64,000 nt of DNA from an uncultured Pelagibacteraceae bacterium (GTDB lineage: Bacteria; Pseudomonadota; Alphaproteobacteria; Pelagibacterales; Pelagibacteraceae): positions 4,446 to 68,445 of the forward strand of contig CACPQM010000005.1 in the NCBI GenBank assembly GCA_902636075.1, given 5' to 3'. The position numbers were made by a program, and so were the translations under genes. Shown here piece by piece: positions 22,138-30,245 of the stretch (within the stretch, counting starts at the first letter, position 1; the number at the start of each line of letters is the position of its first letter). Under the pieces are notes generated by a model, which did not search any database, was not told the DNA's origin, and saw only the letters and a list, made by a program, of their open reading frames with translations.

Positions 22138-23457
22138 ATGGAAAAGATACTTAAAAATTCCTGGGCATTATTCACAGGTATGGGTCTGATTATGATAGCA
22201 CATGGGTTTCAAGTTTCTTTACTTGGAGTAAGAGCTGTTCATGAAAGTTTCAGCTTAACAGCAACCGGCTTTATGCTGTCAGGTTATTTTGTAGGCTATT
22301 TTATAGGAGCAAAAACAGTTCCAATTTTAGTTTCAAGAGTTGGTCATATAAGAGTATTTGCTGCTTTTGCATCAATTGCTTCTATCGTTGTTTTAGTACA
22401 CTCTATAATCATCAATCCATTTACATGGTTTATATTGAGAATTGCCTCAGGTTTTTCAATGGTATGTTTATATACAATTGCAGAAAGCTGGTTAAACGAC
22501 CGAGCAAGCAATAAAAATAGAGGAAGTGTTTTATCAATTTATATGATCGTTCTTTACGCATCTATGGCGATTGGAATGTTTTTTTTAAACTTCAGTAAGC
22601 CAGAAAATTTTCAGCCATTTATACTTGTTTCTTTATTCATGTCACTTTCACTTGTGCCAATATTATTAACTAAGAAAAAACCACCAAAATTTAAAAAAAT
22701 TATCGGAATGAAAATTAAAGAACTTTATGAAGCCTCTCCTTTTGGAGTGGTAAGTGCACTTTTATGTGGAATTTGCCACTCTGCAATGTTTGCTTTAATT
22801 GCTGTTTATGCAGCATCAATGAATTTTAGTATTTTTGAAATTTCTTTTGTAACATTTTTAATTGCTATTTCTGGTGCAATTTCTCAATGGCCAATTGGTA
22901 AACTATCAGATATCTATGATAGAAGAACAGTCACAGTATATTCTACATTTGCATCCGCTTTCTTTGCGTTATGTGCAATTTTTTCAGTAGGTACAATGCA
23001 TTTACCTGACGGTTTAGCTAGCTCAAAGTTTTGGTTTTATATTTTTACAGGTTTCTATGCTTTCTTTAGTCTTCCTTTGTTTGCATTAATATTTGCTCAC
23101 ACTAATGATTTTATAGCTAAAGAAAAATTTGTGGCCGCAGGCGCAGGTTTACAATTCACCTTTGGAATGGGTGCAATTAGCGGACCTTTTTTATGTTCTA
23201 TGTTTATGGATTTTATAGGAGAGAATGGTTATTTTATATTTCTAATTATATTTCACTGTTTAATAGGAGCATATGGAGTTTACAGGATGAAAGTTAGAGA
23301 GGTTGTTGAAAACCCTGACTCTCAATTCACAGCTCTTCCTACAACAATAACACCTATTGGCTTAGAACTTAATCCAGCTACAGAACCTATCGAAGACCCG
23401 ATAAAACCAGTAGGAACCGATGAAACAGTTATTGTAGATAATAACCCTTCCCAATAA
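22138..23457 (+). CDS. MFS transporter (YcaD-like)
   Basis: 12 TM; RVGHIRVF, ESWLN and QWPIGKLSDIYDRR motifs. Confidence 0.88.
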   Translation: MEKILKNSWALFTGMGLIMIAHGFQVSLLGVRAVHESFSLTATGFMLSGYFVGYFIGAKTVPILVSRVGHIRVFAAFASIASIVVLVHSIIINPFTWFILRIASGFSMVCLYTIAESWLNDRASNKNRGSVLSIYMIVLYASMAIGMFFLNFSKPENFQPFILVSLFMSLSLVPILLTKKKPPKFKKIIGMKIKELYEASPFGVVSALLCGICHSAMFALIAVYAASMNFSIFEISFVTFLIAISGAISQWPIGKLSDIYDRRTVTVYSTFASAFFALCAIFSVGTMHLPDGLASSKFWFYIFTGFYAFFSLPLFALIFAHTNDFIAKEKFVAAGAGLQFTFGMGAISGPFLCSMFMDFIGENGYFIFLIIFHCLIGAYGVYRMKVREVVENPDSQFTALPTTITPIGLELNPATEPIEDPIKPVGTDETVIVDNNPSQ

Positions 23458-23498
23458 TTAAAATCTTATTTAAAACTTTTATTCTGCTAGAATAGTTT

Positions 23499-24509
23499 AT
23501 GAGTAAAACTATAAATCTTGGAGTATTGGGTATTGATCATGGTCATATCTTTGACATGCTTGATAAGATGCTTAAAGAGGGATGTAGTTGTAATTATTTT
23601 TGGACCGAAGGGTCTCCTTTAACTTTAGAAGAATTTAGCAAAAAATATCCTCAAATTAAAAGAGTAGATAATAAAAGTAATATTTTAAATGATGATACTA
23701 TTGATATGATTTTAATTTCGTCCATTCCTAAAGATAGGGCAAATCTATCTATAGACGCAATGAAAGCTGGAAAAGATGTCATGGTTGATAAGCCAGGATG
23801 TACAACACTTGAGCAACTTAATAATCTAAAACAAACAGTTAAGGACACAGGAAAAATTTGGTCAATTAATTTTTCAGAAAGATTTCATGTAGCCGCTGTT
23901 ACAAAAGCTGAAGAGCTAGTCGCTGAAGGTAAAATTGGAAAGGTTAAACAAACAATTGGTACTGGTCCCCACAGGCAAGGTAATTATGAAAGACCAGATT
24001 GGTTTTATGATCGTGATAGTTATGGTGGAATAATAACAGATATTGGCTCACATCAAATTCATCAATTTTTAGTATTTACAAATTCAAATGAAGCTAAAGT
24101 GAATCATGCGTTAGTTGAAAATACGACTAAGAAAGAATTTACTGGTTTTCAAGATTTCGGGGAAGTTAATCTCACTGGAAATGGTGGTCATGGATATGTT
24201 CGTTTAGATTGGTTTACTCCTGATGCGCTTCCTACTTGGGGAGATGGAAGGTTATTTATCCTGGGTGATAAAGGTTTTATTGAAATTAGAAAATATACAG
24301 ATTTAGCAAAATCTGAAAAAGGAAATCAACTATTTTTGGCAAATAACTATGAAGTTAAACATATTGACTGTTCAAATGTAAAACTCCCCTACTTTGCTAA
24401 TTTAATTAAAGATGTTTTAAATAGAACTGATACTGCTTGTTCGCAAGAACTTACGTACTTATCAATGGAACTAGCAATTAAAGCTCAAGAATTAGCTGAA
24501 AAAAAATGA
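23499..24509 (+). CDS. Gfo/Idh/MocA family oxidoreductase
   Basis: GKDVMVDKP and GGIITDIGSH motifs. Confidence 0.88.
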   Translation: MSKTINLGVLGIDHGHIFDMLDKMLKEGCSCNYFWTEGSPLTLEEFSKKYPQIKRVDNKSNILNDDTIDMILISSIPKDRANLSIDAMKAGKDVMVDKPGCTTLEQLNNLKQTVKDTGKIWSINFSERFHVAAVTKAEELVAEGKIGKVKQTIGTGPHRQGNYERPDWFYDRDSYGGIITDIGSHQIHQFLVFTNSNEAKVNHALVENTTKKEFTGFQDFGEVNLTGNGGHGYVRLDWFTPDALPTWGDGRLFILGDKGFIEIRKYTDLAKSEKGNQLFLANNYEVKHIDCSNVKLPYFANLIKDVLNRTDTACSQELTYLSMELAIKAQELAEKK

Positions 24510-25579
24510 AAAAATATCAGGTAGCAATAATAGGAACTAATATAGGAGCTAAACATTTTGAAGATTTTCAAAAAGTATCAGACCGATTTAGTGTTCATAC
24601 ATTGTGTGGTTTAACTAGAGATGCAATAGATAAAATATTGGCGTCAAATAATGATACTAAAATGTCATTAAACTTTGATGATGTATTAAAAGTAAAGGAA
24701 ATAGATATAATAGATATTTGTCTCCCACCCCATTTACACTTTTCTGCGTGCAAAAAATCTCTAGAAGCAGGAAAGCATGTAATTTGCGAAAAACCATTGG
24801 TTTCAAGTCTTAAAGAAATTGATGAGCTAGAAAATATTAGCAAAAAAACAGGCAAGATAATCTTTCCAGTTTTCCAATATAGGTATGGATTAGGATTTTC
24901 TAAATTTAAGGCACTAATAAAGTCAGGACTTGCTGGAAAACCTTTAGTCGCCTCATTGGAGACTCATTGGAATCGAGGAAAAGATTATTATTCAAAACCT
25001 TGGAGAGGTACTTGGGATGGTGAACAAGGAGGAGCAATATTAAGTCATGCTATACATATTCATGACTTGGTGAGTATGATACTAGGTCCAGTTTCCAATG
25101 TATTTGCAAAATTAACAACAAGAGTAAATGATATTGAGGTTGAAGACTGTGCGTCTTTATCAATTGAAATGGAAGATGGAACATTGGTCACTAGCTCTAT
25201 CACCCTAGGTGCAGCAAATGACACCAGTAGACTAAAATTTTGTTTTGATGGACTTACAGTAGAATCGGGAGCATCTCCAGATAAACCTTATAATCCAGCT
25301 GACGATGAATGGGTATTTTTACCAAGAGCTCCTATTTCACAAAGTCAAATTGATGAAGTATTGTCAAAAGTTGAAAAACCTAAATCATGGTACGCAGGAA
25401 TGTTTAATGAAATAGCCAACAAACTTGATGGAAAAGTTAGTGATGAAGTAACTTTATTGGATGCTAGAAAATCTTTAGAATTTGTAACAGCTGTTTATAG
25501 TTCATCAAGACAAAATAAAAGTGTTAAAATTCCAATAACCAATGATAATCTTTTATACGATTCCTGGTTACCAAAATAA
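24506..25579 (+). CDS. Gfo/Idh/MocA family oxidoreductase
   Basis: GKHVICEKP and GGAILSHAIH motifs; 4-bp overlap with the preceding gene. Confidence 0.88.
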   Translation: MKKYQVAIIGTNIGAKHFEDFQKVSDRFSVHTLCGLTRDAIDKILASNNDTKMSLNFDDVLKVKEIDIIDICLPPHLHFSACKKSLEAGKHVICEKPLVSSLKEIDELENISKKTGKIIFPVFQYRYGLGFSKFKALIKSGLAGKPLVASLETHWNRGKDYYSKPWRGTWDGEQGGAILSHAIHIHDLVSMILGPVSNVFAKLTTRVNDIEVEDCASLSIEMEDGTLVTSSITLGAANDTSRLKFCFDGLTVESGASPDKPYNPADDEWVFLPRAPISQSQIDEVLSKVEKPKSWYAGMFNEIANKLDGKVSDEVTLLDARKSLEFVTAVYSSSRQNKSVKIPITNDNLLYDSWLPK

Positions 25580-25580
25580 A

Positions 25581-26606
25581 TCAATAACCTAAATTAGGAT
25601 CCACTTGATTATTCAAATCTTTTTTCTCAATAAATAGTTTTAAATTCTTGAAAAACTTTTCTAAAACCATCTCGATATAATTTCCTTTGCTATCTGAAGA
25701 TATATGAGGTGTAATTACTAAATTTGGAGTATCCCAAAATTTAGAATTTTTGTTTATGGGCTCTTCTGAAAAAACATCTAAAATAGCCCCAGCAATTTCA
25801 TTTTTTTTTAATTTTTTTCTTAAATGCTTATAATCCATCACAGATTGGCGACCAATATTAACAATTCCACACGTAGCTTTAAGAACATCTAATCTTTTCT
25901 TATTTATTAATCCTTTTGTTTCATTTGTTTCTGGAACAGCCAAATAAAGAAAATCAGCCTCAGGTAAGACTTCATCAATCCTATCAAATGTTATAACTTT
26001 TGAACAACCTTCAACTGCTCTACCCCTTCTGTTAACTCCAATAACTTTTGCTCCTAATGAGCTTATATGTTTAATCATTGACCCACCTAATGATCCTGTA
26101 CCTACCACTACAACTTTTTTACTATCAATTGGGTTACTTAATAAAGTTACAAACTCTTTTTTTTTTTGATTAGTAATTATTCTTGTCATATGGTTTTGAA
26201 GCATCAAAACACTCATTAATCCGAATTCACCTGCCTTTTTAGAATGTATTCCACTACTATTTGTTAAAACTAAATCTTTTTTAAGCCAATTAAATGGATA
26301 AAGATGATTAACACCCGCTGAAACAATATGAATCCATTTTAAATTTGGTGCAATTTTACTTAGATTATTTGTTGGAAAATTCCATGTGAGCAAAATATCT
26401 GCATCTTTCATTGAAGATTTCCAATTATCATCATCCCAATCAACTATGTATGAAATCTTATGTTTTATCTTTGGGTGTTTATTGAGAAAATTCTCAAATA
26501 ATTCTTTTGGAACACTACTATTTTTTTCACCTTCTAAATCACAAGGCAAAGAACCTTTTTTCCAGTGATTATTTCTTATATGAATTTTAATTTTACCTTT
26601 GGACAT
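25581..26606 (-). CDS. D-2-hydroxyacid dehydrogenase family protein
   Basis: GTGSLG, VNIGR, LDVFSEEP and ITPH motifs. Confidence 0.88.
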   Translation of the reverse strand: MSKGKIKIHIRNNHWKKGSLPCDLEGEKNSSVPKELFENFLNKHPKIKHKISYIVDWDDDNWKSSMKDADILLTWNFPTNNLSKIAPNLKWIHIVSAGVNHLYPFNWLKKDLVLTNSSGIHSKKAGEFGLMSVLMLQNHMTRIITNQKKKEFVTLLSNPIDSKKVVVVGTGSLGGSMIKHISSLGAKVIGVNRRGRAVEGCSKVITFDRIDEVLPEADFLYLAVPETNETKGLINKKRLDVLKATCGIVNIGRQSVMDYKHLRKKLKKNEIAGAILDVFSEEPINKNSKFWDTPNLVITPHISSDSKGNYIEMVLEKFFKNLKLFIEKKDLNNQVDPNLGY

Positions 26607-26703
26607 TTAAAATTAAAATATACTAAAATTTTAAAAATTATAACAATGATTAAAGAAGGTTGTTCTCAAAAAAAAATGTAATATTGTATAGAATATTAAA
26701 ATT

Positions 26704-27189
26704 ATGCCTTCATTTGATGTAATAAGTAAAATTAATTATCAAGAATTTGACAATGCTCTTGCAAATTGTTTAAGAGAAATTGCTAACCGATATGATTTTA
26801 AGGGACTTAATATTTCAATTGAGCGAAAAGATAAAATAATTACTACAATAGCGCCAGATGAATTAAAATTAAAACAAGTAAATGAATTGTTACAAGTTCA
26901 TCTTATAAGAAGAAAAGTAGATCCAAGAATAATAATCGTTAAAAATTCAGAAGGTGCAGCTGGTGGAACCATCAGACAAGTCAGTGAATTAGCAGAGGGC
27001 ATTAGTCAAGAAAATGCTAAGAAGATTATTGCTGATGTAAAAAAACTTAAACTTAAAATCCAAATTAAAATTCAAGGAGAAGAATTAAGAGCTCAAGGAA
27101 AAAAAAAAGATGACCTTCAAGAAGCAATATCTGCAATAGAAGCTATGGATATAGGGCTTCCAATTGAATTTATAAACTTTAGAGATTAA
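26704..27189 (+). CDS. yajQ: YajQ family nucleotide-binding protein
   Basis: MPSFDVIS, NRYDFKG, IQGEELR..GKKKDDLQ, C-terminal NFRD. Confidence 0.96.
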   Translation: MPSFDVISKINYQEFDNALANCLREIANRYDFKGLNISIERKDKIITTIAPDELKLKQVNELLQVHLIRRKVDPRIIIVKNSEGAAGGTIRQVSELAEGISQENAKKIIADVKKLKLKIQIKIQGEELRAQGKKKDDLQEAISAIEAMDIGLPIEFINFRD

Positions 27190-27195
27190 TCAAAT

Positions 27196-27318
27196 ATGAT
27201 TGAAATCATTTTAGGTATATTCGTTATTGTTATCGTAGGTTTTTATTTATTTAGACCTACTTCAAAACAAGAAGAGAAAGATTTGAAATCTAAAAACAAT
27301 TGGCGTGGTGGATTTTAA
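27196..27318 (+). CDS. Small single-pass membrane protein (40 aa), below the ORF-track cutoff
   Basis: Translated by hand: MIEIILGIFVIVIVGFYLFRPTSKQEEKDLKSKNNWRGGF*; starts 6 nt after the yajQ stop. Confidence 0.55.
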   Translation: MIEIILGIFVIVIVGFYLFRPTSKQEEKDLKSKNNWRGGF

Positions 27319-27320
27319 AG

Positions 27321-27359
27321 GTCAATCTATAACCAGAACTAGAACAAGGTGAGATAAAT
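27321..27359 (+). repeat. Cassette-boundary repeat copy R1 (degenerate)
   Basis: GTCAATCTATAACCAGAACTAGAACAAGGTGAGATAAAT; 32/39 identical to R3 (27911-27949). Confidence 0.8.
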
Positions 27360-27375
27360 TTGTTGAAAAATTTTA

Positions 27376-27403
27376 TTGATTGGAAATTTGTTGAGCCTAT
27401 ATT
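27376..27403 (+). promoter_or_regulatory. Putative sigma70 promoter for the 85-aa ORF
   Basis: TTGATT-16 nt-TATATT; SD-like AAAGGA at 27421-27426 before the ATG at 27433. Confidence 0.4.
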
Positions 27404-27432
27404 AGCTTAATTAATTTAAGAAAGGAAAAACT

Positions 27433-27690
27433 ATGAACTTTGTTGGAACAACAACATATCAAGGAACTAAAAAAGATGCAGATGAATTATACAGTATGTT
27501 TAAAGACGATCTTGCAAAATGCACGTCATCATTTGAATGGGCACACATTCGTGAAGGTAAAATGATTTTTATTGCAAATGTCACTGATGAAGAAAAATTT
27601 TATGCCTTATTTGAAGATCAAAGATCTAAAGACTGGAACGCAAAGTTTAATGCTAAAGATGAAGCTTGGAAACTTGAGAAAATAATGTAA
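27433..27690 (+). CDS. Hypothetical protein (85 aa)
   Basis: Good SD and soluble-protein composition; stop codon overlaps repeat R2. Confidence 0.7.
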   Translation: MNFVGTTTYQGTKKDADELYSMFKDDLAKCTSSFEWAHIREGKMIFIANVTDEEKFYALFEDQRSKDWNAKFNAKDEAWKLEKIM

Positions 27691-27714
27691 CTAGTTCCTA
27701 AACTAGAACTTTTG
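27689..27714 (+). repeat. Cassette-boundary repeat copy R2
   Basis: AACTAGTTCCTAAACTAGAACTTTTG; 21/25 match to the R3/R4 core. Confidence 0.8.
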
Positions 27715-27738
27715 ATGTAAAACAAAAAAAGTGAAGGT

Positions 27739-27807
27739 GTGAACAAAGAAAACGCAAGTAAACTCTGGAAAATTATTCAGGAAGCCGGCGATTATTTACG
27801 GGATTAG
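27739..27807 (+). pseudogene. Truncated 5' fragment homologous to the 30017-30244 gene
   Basis: GTG-start MNKENASKLWKIIQEAGDYLRD* versus MNEDNRRKLWVLIQEAGHYLQG: 13/22 identical. Confidence 0.75.
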
Positions 27808-27810
27808 AGG

Positions 27811-27850
27811 AACAACTTAATCCACATTAAGCTACATTAAACTACACTAA
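27811..27850 (+). repeat. Four imperfect tandem 10-bp units
   Basis: AACAACTTAA TCCACATTAA GCTACATTAA ACTACACTAA. Confidence 0.6.
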
Positions 27851-27910
27851 TTATGTGATCTATTTAACTTTCAATAAAAATTATTCGCTTAAAGACTCAT
27901 TAATTTTACT

Positions 27911-27949
27911 GTCAAACTAGAACCACAACTAGAACTTTTTGAGATAAAT
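27911..27949 (+). repeat. Cassette-boundary repeat copy R3
   Basis: GTCAAACTAGAACCACAACTAGAACTTTTTGAGATAAAT; 27915-27945 is 30/31 identical to R4. Confidence 0.92.
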
Positions 27950-27971
27950 CAAATAGCCATTTTAAAGCAAA

Positions 27972-28000
27972 TAGACTCATGGTTCAGGATTTGTTAATCT
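27972..28000 (+). promoter_or_regulatory. Putative sigma70 promoter, probably giving a leaderless mRNA
   Basis: TAGACT-17 nt-TAATCT with extended -10 TG; ATG at 28007 is 7 nt after the -10 box; no SD. Confidence 0.45.
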
Positions 28001-28006
28001 TGGAAC

Positions 28007-28393
28007 ATGAAATTAAAGTTAATTTTTAAAAGATTAGTTCTATTAAATCTATTTGCATTTTTAATACTTTTAGCAATAACACTTTTGGAGACCGAGTCAG
28101 ATCAAGTTTTAGATTTCAATAACTCAGTAGCAGCGAATGACACATTAATGTTGTTGGCACTTTTATGGATATTTGCTTTTTTCGTTTCACTATATTTTAT
28201 TTACAAATTTAAGAAAATTGGAAGGCAATTATTTTTTTATGTATTTCTTATTGGTATAATAATGATTGTCTTTGGAGGGCCAATCGCTTTTGATGCAGCA
28301 TCTTATGCAATAGATAGTTTAGCTACTGCAATAAGTGGTGCTATAATAGTTTTGTCATATTTCTCGCCTTTAAATAAAGAATTTAAGAAATAA
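28007..28393 (+). CDS. Hypothetical 4-TM membrane protein
   Basis: Four hydrophobic segments; 128 aa; no family recognised. Confidence 0.75.
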   Translation: MKLKLIFKRLVLLNLFAFLILLAITLLETESDQVLDFNNSVAANDTLMLLALLWIFAFFVSLYFIYKFKKIGRQLFFYVFLIGIIMIVFGGPIAFDAASYAIDSLATAISGAIIVLSYFSPLNKEFKK

Positions 28394-28396
28394 AAT

Positions 28397-29920
28397 ATGA
28401 AAAAAACTAAAAAAGTAATTTTTAAAGGAAATGCAGAAGCAATAAAAAAATACAATAACCAGAAATTTTTAGATAAAGGGGTTGAATTTTTAGGCTCTAT
28501 AATTGGTATTATTATATTTGTGCTTATTTTCTATTCATTTCAAAGCTTTAAAGAATATTGGACTAACAAAGAAGATTTGAAAAAGCTGCTAAAACAAGAA
28601 AATCAATCCAAACTGACACGTTTTGAGCGTTTAAAAATTAAAGATAATGTTTGCAAAGATTTTGCTAAAGATACCATATCTAGAGGCGATGAAAATAAAG
28701 AATGTGATGCTATAGCAATATTAAGAAAAAGAATTGATGATAACAAGTTTGGTTTTCTTCTTCCTGATAAACTTAAGCAAGATAAATCGTTTAAAACAGC
28801 TAATAAATTGATTCCTATTAAAGATAAAAAAGTAAATAATAATTTGAAAAAAACGTTATCAAGTAAAAAAGAATTAGAAGAAACTAAAATTTTAAAAGTT
28901 AAAAAAGAAACTAAAATTTCAGGTTGTTTGGAAGGAGATTGTTTTAATAATTTCAGTAAAAAAAATTATTCTAATGGACACTACATAGGTGAGTTTAAAA
29001 ATAAAAAAGAAGATGGACAAGGAAGATTTATTTGGACAAGTGGTAATGAATATACAGGTGAATGGAAAGATGGAAATAGGACAGGTCAAGGAACCTTTAT
29101 TTGGACAGATGGTGCAAAGTACAGTGGAGATTTTTTAGATGGCGAAAGAACTGGCAAAGGTACAATGAATTACAGTGATGGTGGTAAATATACTGGTGAT
29201 TTTTTAAACGGAGAAAGGCATGGAAAAGGAACACTCACTTGGTCTGATGGAAATAAATATGATGGTGATTTTGTTAATAATATTAGAGATGGCGAAGGAA
29301 CCTATACTTGGACAAGTGGAGATAAATATAATGGTGATTTTGTTAATAATATTAGAGATGGCGAAGGAACCTATACTTGGACAAGTGGAAATAAATATAT
29401 TGGCGAATGGAAAGACGGAGATAGGACAGGTCAAGGAACCTTTATTTGGAAGGATGGAAATAAATATTTTGGAGAATTTTATAAAGGTAAAATGAATGGA
29501 GAAGGAACATTTATCTTTGGTGAAGATAATTCTATGATGATTGGTGAATTTGTTAGTGATGAGATAAATGATGGTGTTATTATTCTTCCAGATGGATTTA
29601 AACTTGGTGTTTTTAAAAAAAATGGAAAAATATCATATACCAGAGTTCAGAATACAAATCAAAATATAGATTTATTGGCAAAACAATTAAAAAGAAACAA
29701 TAATCTTCAAACTAGCAGAATGTTATTAGATATTTCAAAAAGTTTAATGGGTTCCAAAAAAAATAGAACACCATTAAATTTAAATAACCTAAATATAGGA
29801 GGAGGGTTTTTATCTGGTTCAAGTTCCTCAGGCATGTATAAAACCTGCAGATATTCATCAAGTTTAGGAACTAAAACGAAAACTGTTTTTTCTTCAGCAC
29901 CATGTCCAATGGCATATTAA
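28397..29920 (+). CDS. Membrane-anchored MORN-repeat protein
   Basis: N-terminal TM, GCLEGDC motif, about eight 23-aa Y.G.F..G.R.G.G...W repeats, C-terminal Cys pair. Confidence 0.88.
   Translation: MKKTKKVIFKGNAEAIKKYNNQKFLDKGVEFLGSIIGIIIFVLIFYSFQSFKEYWTNKEDLKKLLKQENQSKLTRFERLKIKDNVCKDFAKDTISRGDENKECDAIAILRKRIDDNKFGFLLPDKLKQDKSFKTANKLIPIKDKKVNNNLKKTLSSKKELEETKILKVKKETKISGCLEGDCFNNFSKKNYSNGHYIGEFKNKKEDGQGRFIWTSGNEYTGEWKDGNRTGQGTFIWTDGAKYSGDFLDGERTGKGTMNYSDGGKYTGDFLNGERHGKGTLTWSDGNKYDGDFVNNIRDGEGTYTWTSGDKYNGDFVNNIRDGEGTYTWTSGNKYIGEWKDGDRTGQGTFIWKDGNKYFGEFYKGKMNGEGTFIFGEDNSMMIGEFVSDEINDGVIILPDGFKLGVFKKNGKISYTRVQNTNQNIDLLAKQLKRNNNLQTSRMLLDISKSLMGSKKNRTPLNLNNLNIGGGFLSGSSSSGMYKTCRYSSSLGTKTKTVFSSAPCPMAY
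29249..29398 (+). repeat. 69-bp tandem duplication within the MORN gene
   Basis: 29262-29320 is identical to 29331-29389 (offset 69 nt = one MORN unit). Confidence 0.92.
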
Positions 29921-29965
29921 TATGAAAAAACTTTTAAGGATAATTATTATAGGATTTTATAGGAT

Positions 29966-29996
29966 AACTAGAACCACAACTAGAACTTTTGGAGAT
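29966..29996 (+). repeat. Cassette-boundary repeat copy R4
   Basis: AACTAGAACCACAACTAGAACTTTTGGAGAT. Confidence 0.92.
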
Positions 29997-30016
29997 GTTT
30001 CAAGGTTTTGTAGTAA

Positions 30017-30244
30017 ATGAATGAAGATAATCGGCGTAAACTCTGGGTTTTAATTCAGGAAGCTGGCCATTATTTACAAGGACAACTTCCAGATCATCCT
30101 AACCATCCTAAAGGCAGAAATCCTTACGCACATGTCGCAATTTGTGTAAAGAGTAAATTTAATGCAAGTTATAAAGATATTGAGGATGAGAAATTTGATG
30201 AAATAGTAAATTATATAAATTTCCTTAAAGAAAATCCTAGCTAA
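30017..30244 (+). CDS. Hypothetical protein (75 aa)
   Basis: Distinctive LPDHPNHPKGRNPYAHV segment; has a truncated homolog at 27739. Confidence 0.8.
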   Translation: MNEDNRRKLWVLIQEAGHYLQGQLPDHPNHPKGRNPYAHVAICVKSKFNASYKDIEDEKFDEIVNYINFLKENPS

Positions 30245-30245
30245 A

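Noticed and set aside
27915-27935. Repeat as an alphaproteobacterial LexA box (GAAC-N7-GAAC)
   Set aside because: Spacing is GAAC-N8-GAAC, conservation extends well beyond the tetramers, and the neighbouring genes are not SOS genes. A variant operator is not fully excluded.
29204-29495. ORFs 29204-29434 (-) and 29220-29495 (+) with internal repeats
   Set aside because: Alternative frames of the MORN 69-bp repeat; no independent coding evidence.
27321-29996. AACTAGAAC repeats as a CRISPR array
   Set aside because: Intervals are about 0.2-2 kb, irregular, and contain genes; no cas genes in the window.
27911-29996. Repeats as classical integron attC sites or IS terminal inverted repeats
   Set aside because: No RYYYAAC...GTTRRRY long palindrome, all copies are in direct orientation, and no integrase or transposase ORF is present.
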